A stretch of 63,233 nucleotides of DNA, counting the filler, from Octopus bimaculoides (Eukaryota): assembly GCF_001194135.2 (NCBI RefSeq). It is 10 parts of 8 records of this genome, joined end to end, with 100 filler letters (N's around TTAATTAATTAA, not from the genome) between each part and the next. Parts side by side here need not be neighbours in the genome. Positions count along the whole stretch, not along the records: positions 39,821 to 52,132 come from NC_068988.1; positions 52,233 to 58,751 come from NC_068983.1; positions 58,852 to 60,048 come from NC_068988.1; positions 60,149 to 62,062 come from NW_026327907.1; positions 62,163 to 63,233 come from NC_068981.1; 5 more parts are not named here. One strand, 5' to 3'. The stretch's first letter is position 1, and every line of letters starts with the position of its first letter. Both the position numbers and the translations under genes were made by a program. Below the pieces are notes generated by a model. The model ran no database searches and was not told the origin of the DNA. It saw only the letters and a list, made by a program, of their open reading frames with translations. Shown in pieces: positions 51,041-62,546 of the stretch.

Positions 51041-51422
51041 GTATCTATGCTTGAGGCAAAGCGATTGGCTACACTAACCAAATCATGCATAGATGAATAA
51101 CAGTTCTGCCAAATGGAAATAGTGCTCCTACAGTCTCTTACTCTTTGATATCCATAATCTAATTTACAAGGTAGCAGCTCCTTTTTTGTTAGTGCTGTCT
51201 CATAACTTTTAACAAATTCCTCTTGCAAGGCAGCAGCCACTTTTTGACCTTAGGTAGCTACTACTAAATCCAGAAGTCTTATGTTGGGTCAAGATGATTT
51301 GGTGATGCAGTTTGCCCTTCATCCTTTGCAAGTGTAGTTGTTTCTAGTTAGAATAGATCTGGAAACAAAGTCAGTTAAAAGATAATTTTTTCTTAATATC
51401 CAAGGTTTTCCTTCGATATTGA

Positions 51423-51606
51423 ACACTGGATGCAGAGGGACTTTTGAATTGCGGCCTTGTGGAGGCTTGGACATTTCCCCAACAAGATTTAGACACTGGA
51501 TGCACAGGGACTATTGAACTGCAACCTTGTTGGGGCTTGGATACTTCCCCAACAAGACTTGGACGCTGGATGCAGTGGAGCTTTTGAACTGCAGCCTTGT
51601 TGGGGC
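51423..51606. repeat. 70-bp minisatellite, about 2.6 units, with an internal hairpin
   Basis: ac(a/g)ctggatgca recurs at 51423, 51493 and 51563. Stem CTTGTTGGGG/CCCCAACAAG. Confidence 0.85.
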
Positions 51607-51639
51607 ACCATCTTGGAGGATTTTTGTGAAAAAAATTGA

Positions 51640-51915
51640 CCCCAGTACTTATATTTTAAGTTTGATACTTATTCAATCAGTCTCTATTACTGAACCATTA
51701 AGTCACAGGGATGCAAACAAATTGGCACCAGTTGTCAAGCTATGAGGGAAGGAACAAACACACATAAATATATGGTAGGCTTTTACACAGTTTCTACCTA
51801 CCAAATACGCTCACAAGGCATTGGTTGGCCCAGGATTATAGCAGAAGACACTTGCCTAAGGGGCAATACAGTGGGACTGAATCTGTAACCACGTGTTTGC
51901 AAAGTGAGCTTCTTA
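51640..51915 (-). mobile_element. SINE family S1, diverged
   Basis: Contains ctcacaaggcattggttggcccaggattatagcagaagacacttgcc...cagtgggactgaa. Confidence 0.7.
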
Positions 51916-51942
51916 AACACACAGGCATGCCTGTTCTTACTC

Positions 51943-51981
<39 letters not shown>

Positions 51982-52004
51982 CATCATCATCATCATCATC
52001 ATCA

Positions 52005-52132
52005 TCGTTTAACGTCCGCTTTCCATGCTAGCATGGGTTGGACGATTTGACTGAGGACTGGTGAAACCGGATGGCAACACCAGGCTCCAGTCTGATTTGG
52101 CAGAGTTTCTACAGCTGGATGCCCTTCCTAAC
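52005..52132 (-). mobile_element. SINE family S4, 3' end (cut by linker)
   Basis: Contains catcgtttaacgtccgctttccatgctagcatgggttggacg...ggatgcccttcctaac. Confidence 0.85.
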
Positions 52133-52232
52133 NNNNNNNNNNNNNNNNNNNNNNNNNNNNNNNNNNNNNNNNNNNNTTAATTAATTAANNNNNNNNNNNN
52201 NNNNNNNNNNNNNNNNNNNNNNNNNNNNNNNN

Positions 52233-52319
<87 letters not shown>

Positions 52320-52924
52320 GAAAAAAAATTATTCGATTATTCGATATGTTGTGTATATTCCATAATACCAATCATAAGATAGTGGAACTTATTCTTCAAC
52401 TATCGATTCGGCTCTGCTCGAAGAAGACCTCGAGTGATATTGAAGACGCAACGAAGCTAGCTGTCGTAATTAAATTTCTACTCCCAATGGATGCGGCATC
52501 AGTGATAGACACTTCTTCACTGTCTTGAATTTTCCATTAATACAATTTCCTTTCTCCCGATATTTCAATACATTTTTATGGCAAGCGGTGGAAGGGAATG
52601 GTTGGTGGTGAGATTGACAGAATCGTTATAGTACCAGACAAAATGTATTCGGTTTTTGTGGTATTTATCCGTGATCCTTTAAGTTCTGATTTCGAATCCC
52701 ACTGAGGCTGCTACAATAAATGCCAGTTAGCACTTGGTCGATTTCATCAAGTGTCTAACTACCCGCACCCCTGTCCCTTCACATGAAGAATGTGTTCTTG
52801 TTCTTCGCATTCAAATTAATGTATTTTTGAAGTAAGGACAGAAAAATACTAGGTTTCTCTCCAATCTCTATACTGCCAGGTTTCAATCTGCGGTTGAAGT
52901 AATTTCATCTCATTTAAACTGCTG

Positions 52925-52956
<32 letters not shown>

Positions 52957-53534
52957 NNNNNNNNNNNNNNNNNNNNNNNNNNNNNNNNNNNNNNNNNNNN
53001 NNNNNNNNNNNNNNNNNNNNNNNNNNNNNNNNNNNNNNNNNNNNNNNNNNNNNNNNNNNNNNNNNNNNNNNNNNNNNNNNNNNNNNNNNNNNNNNNNNNN
53101 NNNNNNNNNNNNNNNNNNNNNNNNNNNNNNNNNNNNNNNNNNNNNNNNNNNNNNNNNNNNNNNNNNNNNNNNNNNNNNNNNNNNNNNNNNNNNNNNNNNN
53201 NNNNNNNNNNNNNNNNNNNNNNNNNNNNNNNNNNNNNNNNNNNNNNNNNNNNNNNNNNNNNNNNNNNNNNNNNNNNNNNNNNNNNNNNNNNNNNNNNNNN
53301 NNNNNNNNNNNNNNNNNNNNNNNNNNNNNNNNNNNNNNNNNNNNNNNNNNNNNNNNNNNNNNNNNNNNNNNNNNNNNNNNNNNNNNNNNNNNNNNNNNNN
53401 NNNNNNNNNNNNNNNNNNNNNNNNNNNNNNNNNNNNNNNNNNNNNNNNNNNNNNNNNNNNNNNNNNNNNNNNNNNNNNNNNNNNNNNNNNNNNNNNNNNN
53501 NNNNNNNNATAAAACTGAACAATGACATACATAC

Positions 53535-53832
53535 ATGTTGGCACTCCGTCGCTTACGACGACGAGGGTTCCAGTTGATCCCGATCAACGGAATAGCCTGC
53601 TCGTGAAATTAACGTGCAAGTGGCTGAGCACTCCACAGACACGTGTACCCTTAACGTAGTTCTCGGGGATATTCAGCGTGACACAGTGTGACAAGGCTGA
53701 CCCTTTGAATTACAGGCACAACAGAAACAGGAAGTAAGAGAAAGTTGTGGTGAAAGAGTACAGCAGGGTTCGCCACCATCCCTTGCCGGAGCCTTGTGGA
53801 GCTTTAGGTGTTTTCGCTCAATAAACACTCAC
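53535..53832 (-). mobile_element. SINE family S3, headless
   Basis: Near-identical reverse complement of about 38140-38445. Confidence 0.88.
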
Positions 53833-53924
53833 AGGAGAGTCCATCATTATTATTATCTTATTACCATTTACTTGAATACATATATATATATGCATAAAAA
53901 CATAAAGTTATATATATATTCTTT

Positions 53925-54305
53925 TATTCTTTTATTTGTTTCAGTCATTTGACTACGGCCATGCTGGAGCACCACCTTTCGTCGAACAAATCGACCCCAA
54001 GACTTATTCTTTGTAAGCCTAGTATTTATTTTATCGTTTTCTTTTGCCGAACCGCTAGGTTACGGGTATGTAAACACACCAACATCTGTTGTCAAGCGAT
54101 GGTAGGGGGACAAACACAGACACACAAACATATATACGCACACTCTCTCACACACACACATATATATCTTCTTCTTTCAGTTTCCGTCTACCAAATCCAC
54201 TCACAAGGTTTTGGTTGACCCGAGGTTATAGTAAAAGACACGCAGTGGGATTGAACCCGGAAGCATAAGATTGGTAAACAAGCTACTTACCACTGTGCCA
54301 CTCCT
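53925..54305 (-). mobile_element. SINE family S1, full length
   Basis: Aligns end to end with 56160-56590. Confidence 0.88.
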
Positions 54306-54364
54306 TGCATGTCCCACGTCCTTGCGTTGTTGTTTTTTATTCTTGTTGTCCGTTTTTTGATTAA

Positions 54365-54396
<32 letters not shown>

Positions 54397-54898
54397 NNNN
54401 NNNNNNNNNNNNNNNNNNNNNNNNNNNNNNNNNNNNNNNNNNNNNNNNNNNNNNNNNNNNNNNNNNNNNNNNNNNNNNNNNNNNNNNNNNNNNNNNNNNN
54501 NNNNNNNNNNNNNNNNNNNNNNNNNNNNNNNNNNNNNNNNNNNNNNNNNNNNNNNNNNNNNNNNNNNNNNNNNNNNNNNNNNNNNNNNNNNNNNNNNNNN
54601 NNNNNNNNNNNNNNNNNNNNNNNNNNNNNNNNNNNNNNNNNNNNNNNNNNNNNNNNNNNNNNNNNNNNNNNNNNNNNNNNNNNNNNNNNNNNNNNNNNNN
54701 NNNNNNNNNNNNNNNNNNNNNNNNNNNNNNNNNNNNNNNNNNNNNNNNNNNNNNNNNNNNNNNNNNNNNNNNNNNNNNNNNNNNNNNNNNNNNNNNNNNN
54801 NNNNNNNNNNNNNNNNNNNNNNNNNNNNNNNNNNNNNNNNNNNNNNNNNNNNNNNNNNNNNNNNNNNNNNNNNNNNNNNNNNNNNNNNNNNNNNNNNN

Positions 54899-54949
<51 letters not shown>

Positions 54950-55344
54950 GAATATATAATATGCATATATATGTATGTATGTATATATGCTCGAATACCA
55001 CCACACATTTTATATATGTACATATGAGTGTGTATATATGTGTAGATACAAGTACGTAAGCATGTATGTATATGTATGTGTAACAATACCCACTACAATA
55101 CTTTCATTCATTCCAGAAAGTCACGTGAAGTACTCAATTCCAAAGAGGTTTGTAACCAATAACTGCTGTTTGTAATGGAAAGGACCATTGTTTGTGCCAT
55201 GTAGTTCCGATTAATGGTTTTAAGCAGCGTTAAATTACTAGATATTTTATAGACTTGGAGCAAAATTGGCGTTGTTAACCTAACACGTGCCCTAAGTTTG
55301 ACTTCACTGAAACTTTGCTGTCAGTCACAAAGCACAGCTTTGTT

Positions 55345-55758
55345 TGCCGTCGACGTCGTCCTCGTTTCGTCGTTGCCGCCATCTTCGCCACCATCATCGT
55401 CGTCGTCGTCGTCGTCGTCGTCGTTCTCATCAACATCGTTATCATCATCATCATCATCATCATCTTCATCACTATCACCATCATCATCACCATCAGCATC
55501 ATCATCGTCTTCATCATCAGCATCATCATCATCTTCATCATCATCATCATCATCATCAGTAACAACTACCGCAGCAGAGAGTATAAAATCACGACGAAGA
55601 CGACGATGTTGATGGCGGTGGTGGTGGTGGGGGGGGGGAAAGATGATGATGACGATGATGATCATGATGATCATGATGATGATGGTGATGATGATGTTAA
55701 TGGTGATGATGATGATTATGATGATGATGATGAAGATGGTGCTGGCGGTGGTAGTGGT
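55345..55758. repeat. Fold-back degenerate trinucleotide array: (CRT)n arm, spacer, (GAY)n arm
   Basis: Direct reading of the sequence. It produces spurious poly-D/S/H ORFs. Confidence 0.85.
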
Positions 55759-56159
55759 NNNNNNNNNNNNNNNNNNNNNNNNNNNNNNNNNNNNNNNNNN
55801 NNNNNNNNNNNNNNNNNNNNNNNNNNNNNNNNNNNNNNNNNNNNNNNNNNNNNNNNNNNNNNNNNNNNNNNNNNNNNNNNNNNNNNNNNNNNNNNNNNNN
55901 NNNNNNNNNNNNNNNNNNNNNNNNNNNNNNNNNNNNNNNNNNNNNNNNNNNNNNNNNNNNNNNNNNNNNNNNNNNNNNNNNNNNNNNNNNNNNNNNNNNN
56001 NNNNNNNNNNNNNNNNNNNNNNNNNNNNNNNNNNNNNNNNNNNNNNNNNNNNNNNNNNNNNNNNNNNNNNNNNNNGGATCCCTCTCAGATTTCGTTGCTA
56101 AAAATTATGCGCATAAAATTGCTTATACATTTACAGTATGCGAAAATAATTTACTCTCT

Positions 56160-56590
56160 CTTTACTCTTTTACTTCTTTCAGACATTTGACTGCGGCCAT
56201 GCTAGAGCACCGCCTTTAGTCGAGCATATCGACCCCAGAACTTATTATTTGTAAGCCTAGTACTTATTCTATCGGTCTCTCTTGCCGAACCGCTAAGTTA
56301 CGGGGACGTAAACACACCAGCATCGGTTGTCAAGCGATGATGGGGGACAAACACAGACACAAACACACACACACACACACAGACAAACACACGCACGCAC
56401 ACACACACACACACACACATATATGTATACACATATACAACGGGATTCTTTCAGTTTCCGTCTACCAAATCCACTCACAAGGCTTTGGTCGGCCCGAGGC
56501 TATAGTACAAAACATTTGCCCAAGATGCCATGTAGTGGGACTGAACCCGGAACCAAATGGTTGGTAAGCAAGCTACTTACCACACAGCCA
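56160..56590 (-). mobile_element. SINE family S1, full length
   Basis: Contains catttgactgcggccatgct...gccgaaccgctaagttacggggacg...cccaag..gtgggactgaacccggaacc..cttaccacacagcc. Confidence 0.9.
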
Positions 56591-56869
56591 ACAAAAATTT
56601 TAAAAGATTTTTTTCAAGTATCAATAGAAATCTAAAGGGTCCATAGTGGAAAAATGGTTGAGAACATTTGATTTATAGCTTCAACTGCTTCGAGGTGCAC
56701 TATTCCATAAAACAATTATAGCACGTTCTGTCGAAGTTTGTATATTTTTATGACACTAAAACAAATATGTAAATGTATACATTACAATAAAAATCAGGGT
56801 ATTTATAATACAGAATTTTCACGGTTTCCACCGGTTGGTTGTTTTTACCGTTATGGTAAAATGTACAGT

Positions 56870-57225
56870 AATAGGCGCAGGAGTGGCTGTGTGGTAAGTG
56901 AGTATTTGGCACTAGGTAAGTGGGAGCCAAAAACAAAGGAAAGAAAAAGCAAGGGGTCTTCAGGAAAGCCATTACAAATTGCATCTGTAATGAGCAATGC
57001 TTCAATCGAACATTGTAAATATAATCCAATTTTTATTATATATTTAAATTTGTAAATATTTAATCGATACAGCTGCTTCACCCCTTTTATGTTTGTCTGT
57101 CCTTGTTCGTCCCCTCTTTGTAATGCTTGTATGGCAAATATTTATGAAATAAAATAGCTTGCTTACCAACCACATGGTTCCAGGTTCAGTCCCACTGCGT
57201 GGCAGCTTGGGCAAGTGTCTTCTAC
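56870..57225 (+). mobile_element. SINE S1 head interrupted by a 256-bp insert
   Basis: ggcgcaggagtggctgtgtggtaagt ends at 56899; agcttgcttaccaacc resumes at 57156. Confidence 0.8.
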
Positions 57226-57849
57226 NNNNNNNNNNNNNNNNNNNNNNNNNNNNNNNNNNNNNNNNNNNNNNNNNNNNNNNNNNNNNNNNNNNNNNNNNNN
57301 NNNNNNNNNNNNNNNNNNNNNNNNNNNNNNNNNNNNNNNNNNNNNNNNNNNNNNNNNNNNNNNNNNNNNNNNNNNNNNNNNNNNNNNNNNNNNNNNNNNN
57401 NNNNNNNNNNNNNNNNNNNNNNNNNNNNNNNNNNNNNNNNNNNNNNNNNNNNNNNNNNNNNNNNNNNNNNNNNNNNNNNNNNNNNNNNNNNNNNNNNNNN
57501 NNNNNNNNNNNNNNNNNNNNNNNNNNNNNNNNNNNNNNNNNNNNNNNNNNNNNNNNNNNNNNNNNNNNNNNNNNNNNNNNNNNNNNNNNNNNNNNNNNNN
57601 NNNNNNNNNNNNNNNNNNNNNNNNNNNNNNNNNNNNNNNNNNNNNNNNNNNNNNNNNNNNNNNNNNNNNNNNNNNNNNNNNNNNNNNNNNNNNNNNNNNN
57701 NNNNNNNNNNNNNNNNNNNNNNNNNNNNNNNNNNNNNNNNNNNNCTTCGGCAAAGCACCACTGATTAATTGGTTCACTGAACAATTAATCAAAGAATCGA
57801 TTCGCTGATTGATTAAATGTTAACGAATTTAACAATAATAATCAGAATC

Positions 57850-57883
<34 letters not shown>

Positions 57884-57884
57884 T

Positions 57885-58085
57885 AATCCTGTCTACTATA
57901 AGCACAAGACCTGAAATTTGGGGGAAGGGGGCCAGTTGATTTTATCGACCTCAGTACGTAACTGGTATTTATTTTATCGACCCTGAAAGGATGAAGGCAA
58001 AGTGAACCTCGGCAGAATTTGAACGTAGCGACGAGCGAAGTACCGCCAAGTTTTTAGTCCGGCGTGCTCACGTTTCTGCCTGCTC
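57885..58085 (-). mobile_element. SINE family S2
   Basis: Contains atcgaccctgaaaggatgaaggcaaagtgaacctcggcagaatttgaac...gtttctgcc. Confidence 0.75.
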
Positions 58086-58089
58086 GAAA

Positions 58090-58445
58090 GAACATATATG
58101 CTAATCGACATAGCATGCGTCGGTGACAACAGGATCAATGTGAAAGAAGTAGTAAAAATAAACAACTATGATGATTTAAAGTGGGAAATACGAAGGTCGT
58201 GGTCAATGAAGAGAATAGACGTGATACCAACAGTAATTGGTGCGCTTGGAAGTATCAACACTCAGCTACCAACATGGCTGAAAAAGATTGATTCAAGTGT
58301 GAAAGTAGAACACCTACAAAAATCAGCATTGCCTGGAATTGCAAGAATTCTTTGTAGAGTTCTTGAAGCATGACCACTAAAACAAGTGTCACCTTAGTCT
58401 GCTGGCTGTGGACAGCTGACACTTTCCACCATACCCAGCAAAATA
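58090..58445 (+). mobile_element. R4/Dong-like LINE 3' end with 3' UTR hairpin
   Basis: Translation LIDIAC.GD...KINNYDDLKWEI...VIPTVIGALG...LQKSAL.GIARIL.RVLEA*. UTR stem aagtgtca/tgacactt at 58384-58424. Confidence 0.85.
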
Positions 58446-58454
58446 AGCTGCGAG

Positions 58455-58751
58455 TTTTCATACGCCAGAAAAGGTCACAGAAAACGAGAAAGCAACCATA
58501 CTCTGGGATATGCCAATACACACAGATAGAGAAATTAAGGCAAATAGACCAGATATAGTTGTCAAAGATCATGAAGAAAAAAAATGCTTTCTAATTGATG
58601 TATCAATTGATGTATCAATACCAGCAGATGACAACGTTTCTCTAAAAGAAATGGAAAAACTTTCAAAATACAAAGACCTGGAAATAGAGATAACTCGAAT
58701 GTGGAATCTAAAAACAGAAACAATTCCTATCATAGTAGGTGCCTTAGGTAT
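58455..58751 (+). mobile_element. R4/Dong-like LINE RLE fragment (cut by linker)
   Basis: Translation ENEKATILWDMPIHTDREIKANRPDIVVKD..CFLIDVS..KLSKYKDLEIEI..W..IVGALG, with an in-frame 12-bp duplication (IDVS twice). Confidence 0.9.
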
Positions 58752-59794
58752 NNNNNNNNNNNNNNNNNNNNNNNNNNNNNNNNNNNNNNNNNNNNTTAAT
58801 TAATTAANNNNNNNNNNNNNNNNNNNNNNNNNNNNNNNNNNNNNNNNNNNNTATTATGTACGTATGTATATATTGCCGTTTGTCAAGTACCGCTCAACCG
58901 TCCTTTTCCGAACGCCTTCTTCTCCGAACCCGTCTCTATCTGTTTTCTCAGAAGCTTTTTGGTCTTGTTATTCTGTATTTTTCTCATCTCACTCTTTCTT
59001 CATTTTGTTCTCCTCTGTCTCAGAGGAAAAGTGAATTAATGGCATTTTATGATAACAGCTGAAATTAGGAGTTATTAAATGCTTTTAGAAACCAATGGCC
59101 GCAAAGTAATCGCTCGGTTTTATGACAAATCTATAATAATTTCCCGGCAATGCTGCCATATTGAGTTAGGCAAACAGCCAAAAAAGGAGTCACTACGCGT
59201 TCGATGAACCTGCTAGAAATAGTAGCGAAATTGCTCTTAAATGACACATCTTCCTCCAACCCCTTTCCACCCCGAAAATGAAGTATTGGATAATGCACTC
59301 GATAAATTGTTTGTCAAAGATATGATGATCGCAGCAAGAAACGCTTTTGATCAGAGCTGGCTTTTGGCCCAACAACACGAATATTAAAGCTGACGTTGAC
59401 GACAACAACAACAACAAAATTTGAATTAATGTGAAACTTCTCACACGCCATATAATAACTTCTAGTCTTTAAATATATTTTTTCTCTTGAATCTCTCGTT
59501 TCCCGAGTCTCTAAACATGGCCGATAATTCTACTCCGGATCCATTTACTCACAACCAGTAAGGGAGTTGTCTCTGTAATAATTCCGCTTGCTAGAAATAC
59601 CATCGAAATTGCCCTCTAATTGAGTTTTAAGCGTCTTCAAAATTGGGAGACACATTTAATTTGATAGCACAATACTTGATATTTAGCCTGGGATAAAGAC
59701 TATAAAGTCATGGTTGGGACGCCTTTGATCATAAATTCGCTCAGTAAGATGTTTCATGGAAATCAACCACAAAATACACACAAACATACGTGCA

Positions 59795-59965
59795 GAATTG
59801 GCTATCTGGTAAGAAGCTTGCTTCCCAACCACATGGTTCCAGGTTCAGTCCCACTGCGAGGCACCTTGGGCAAGTGTCTTCTACTATAGTCTCGGGCCGA
59901 CCAAAGCCTTGTGATTGGATTTGGTAGACGGAAACTGAAAGAAGCCCGTCGTATATATGTATATA
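59795..59965 (+). mobile_element. SINE family S1, 5' half
   Basis: Contains ggtaagaagcttgcttcccaaccacatggttccaggttcagtccc...gaaagaagcccgtcg. Confidence 0.85.
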
Positions 59966-60199
59966 AATACACTGTTGTGTCTGGGAAGAGTCATTCTATT
60001 TCGATACCTTATAATTTAGCAGTCACCAAAAGAGAATCACTAATATGCNNNNNNNNNNNNNNNNNNNNNNNNNNNNNNNNNNNNNNNNNNNNTTAATTAA
60101 TTAANNNNNNNNNNNNNNNNNNNNNNNNNNNNNNNNNNNNNNNNNNNNTCACATATTAGCAAAGTCATGGAACGAATTGTCAGAAGGAGATTGATAGCA

Positions 60200-60380
60200 C
60201 GTTAAAAGTACCCACTGCACTTTTGGAGTGGTTGGCGTTAGGAAGGGCATCCAGCTGTAGAAATTCTGCCAGATCAGATTGGAGCCTGGTGCAGCCATCT
60301 GGTTCGCCAGTCCTCAGTCAAATTGTCCAACCCATGCTACCATGGAAAGCGGATGTTAAACGATGATAATGATGATGATG
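60200..60380 (+). mobile_element. SINE family S4
   Basis: Contains gagtggttggcgttaggaagggcatccagctgtag...catggaaagcggatgttaaacgatgat. Confidence 0.85.
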
Positions 60381-60409
60381 ACATGTACAGACTTAAAAGA
60401 CAACTGGAA

Positions 60410-61200
60410 AAGAGATTGAGTTGACTGTTTCATTCCATGGCAGGATAATTTAGATAAACTTAGAGAATATGAAAATCTTATGGACAGTATCAACCATAAT
60501 ATTAAATTCAAGATGGATTTCATTCAAAAGGAACAGATATTTTTAGACATTTTAATTACGAAAACATGTGGGAAGATGGAAACAGACATCAACTATAAAC
60601 TTACAGTTTCAAAATAGTATCTTCTCTTCACATCTCATCATCTCAAACATACAAGAATGAACATTCCATTCAACCTTGCAAAAAGAATTTGCACTATAGT
60701 ACTGAATTTTAAAGGCTGGATGAATTGAAAAACACTTATTCAAAAGTCATTTCCACCGAGTCTAATTACGAATGAAACAGTCAGAGCAAAACTGAATATT
60801 CAAGATATTAGGAAAGTTAAAAGTAGGACTGAGAAAAATTTTTTTCTCATTTATCTACATTTAACTCTAGAAATGCCAGAATGTTTAAACATATTTGTAA
60901 AAACTTACAGATCAAAAAAAGGAAAAAAGTTCTAGAAAATCAATGAGTCATTAGAAGCTAAAGGCAGAAAAATATACAAATGAGGATAAAATTTTGTTAC
61001 CAAGTTTCCAATCCTTTCATTACAAAATGCAAAAGGTCAAGTTGTGTTACATACTTGTATCTAACCGAAAGTAGAGAATTCGAGTTTGTGATTCATTTAT
61101 TGCATAAAATTGTAAGAAAAATGTTACAGAGGTTTAAAGTTTGATCATTTTTACACAACCAGAAAACAGGATCTGTATGTAATAGTTGTGATAAAATAAA
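60410..61200 (+). mobile_element. Decayed Neptune-type PLE (RT C-terminus, thumb, linker)
   Basis: Translation DCFIPW...NIKFKM...IFLDILI..METDINYK..*YLLFTSHH..T..NIPFNLAKRICTIV, then CKRSSC. Confidence 0.75.
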
Positions 61201-61754
61201 AGTAAGCATTAAAAGACGAAGTTTTAAACAAAATGAAAGCAATGTGTGAGAGTTAATACATATACAAACATAATGGTAAATATATATAGAGAGCTAAATT
61301 GATGGTGACAATTAGGAGGAGATTTGTTGATCTAAAAGTTTTGAGTTTCATGCAGCAAATTTTACTGCTTGTATTATTATTTACAAACTTCTCATTGGGA
61401 CACCGATTTTGAAATTCATTTTTTTCTAGAAGACACAATGGTTCAGAGCCTCCAGGGCATATATTCTCATTTATAGAGTAGATGTATATACGCATATACA
61501 AGTACATAATACACAAAAATACATGCATACACATATGTACATATATACATTTGATGAAGGTGAGAAAGCTAGAACTTAGAAGTCACTGTCAATTTTTCAC
61601 TTATGATAATTTAATATTCATGCACTCTACAAAACAGTATTGAGTAACTGTTCAATTAATATCAAATTATTTCTCTCTTTTAATTTGATATCAAACTTAA
61701 CATTCATATACACACATGGTCATACACACATATATATATATATATACACATGCA

Positions 61755-61785
<31 letters not shown>

Positions 61786-61799
61786 CTATATCTATTATT

Positions 61800-61992
61800 A
61801 GATAATAAATCATATGGTAAACACCTGGTAGCTTACCAATAAAGCATGCTCGATTTCACAGTGTCTGTTAGGTATTTGATTAATGAGAGATACTTCTAAA
61901 CTAATTAAGTACCCAACCCATGAGGGATCAATGCTAAATGGGTCAAAACAATTGTAGTGATTAATAAAAATTCTTCTGTTTCCCATCTTCTA
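61800..61992 (+). repeat. PLE pLTR-like repeat, copy 3 (segments rearranged)
   Basis: The first ~70 bp have the same orientation as 35861; the remainder is the reverse complement of 35950-36050. Confidence 0.6.
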
Positions 61993-62188
61993 CACACACA
62001 CACATAAATGCTTACATACATATATGAATATATATATGTATACATGCTTACATACGTATATANNNNNNNNNNNNNNNNNNNNNNNNNNNNNNNNNNNNNN
62101 NNNNNNTTAATTAATTAANNNNNNNNNNNNNNNNNNNNNNNNNNNNNNNNNNNNNNNNNNNNTTTTTTTTTTTTTTTTTTTTTTCCTT

Positions 62189-62328
62189 CCTTCCCCCTCC
62201 CAAAAAGAAAAGCTCTACATTGTATTTGTCCCATCTTCGTTGAGCCCTGTGTGGCTAATAAAAGAAATGTATCTTTCAACCTATCTATATTTGTACATAT
62301 CTATCTTTCTATCTATTTATCTATCTAC

Positions 62329-62379
<51 letters not shown>

Positions 62380-62546
62380 CTCATTTTTTTTTTGATTCCT
62401 TTTGATCGAACTCCCCACTTTTCCTTCCTACGATCCCTTTTGGTCGCCCCCCCTTTTTTCCCTTCCCCCTCCCAAAAAGAAAAGCTCTACATTGTATTTG
62501 TCCCATCTTCGTTGAGCTCTGTGTGGCTAATAAAAGAAATGTATCT
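62189..62546 (+). repeat. 86-bp direct repeat pair (62189-62274, 62461-62546) around (CTAT)n
   Basis: One mismatch (gagccctg vs gagctctg); offset 272 bp. Confidence 0.85.

Noticed and set aside
51423-51606. CRISPR-like appearance (repeated hairpin units)
   Set aside because: Inter-hairpin segments are homologous rather than unique spacers, there are no cas genes, and the context is eukaryotic.
55275-55760. Poly-Asp/Ser/His/Met ORFs resembling acidic biomineral proteins
   Set aside because: All six frames are open only because of trinucleotide repeats. No signal peptide or splice structure.
59025-59063. Strong acceptor followed by RKSELMAFYDNS* (possible terminal exon)
   Set aside because: The contig begins at a linker just upstream, and there is no recognisable protein or linked exon.
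61546-61595. ttgatgaagg...agaagtc as a hammerhead remnant
   Set aside because: Core boxes are both mutated and no stems can be formed.
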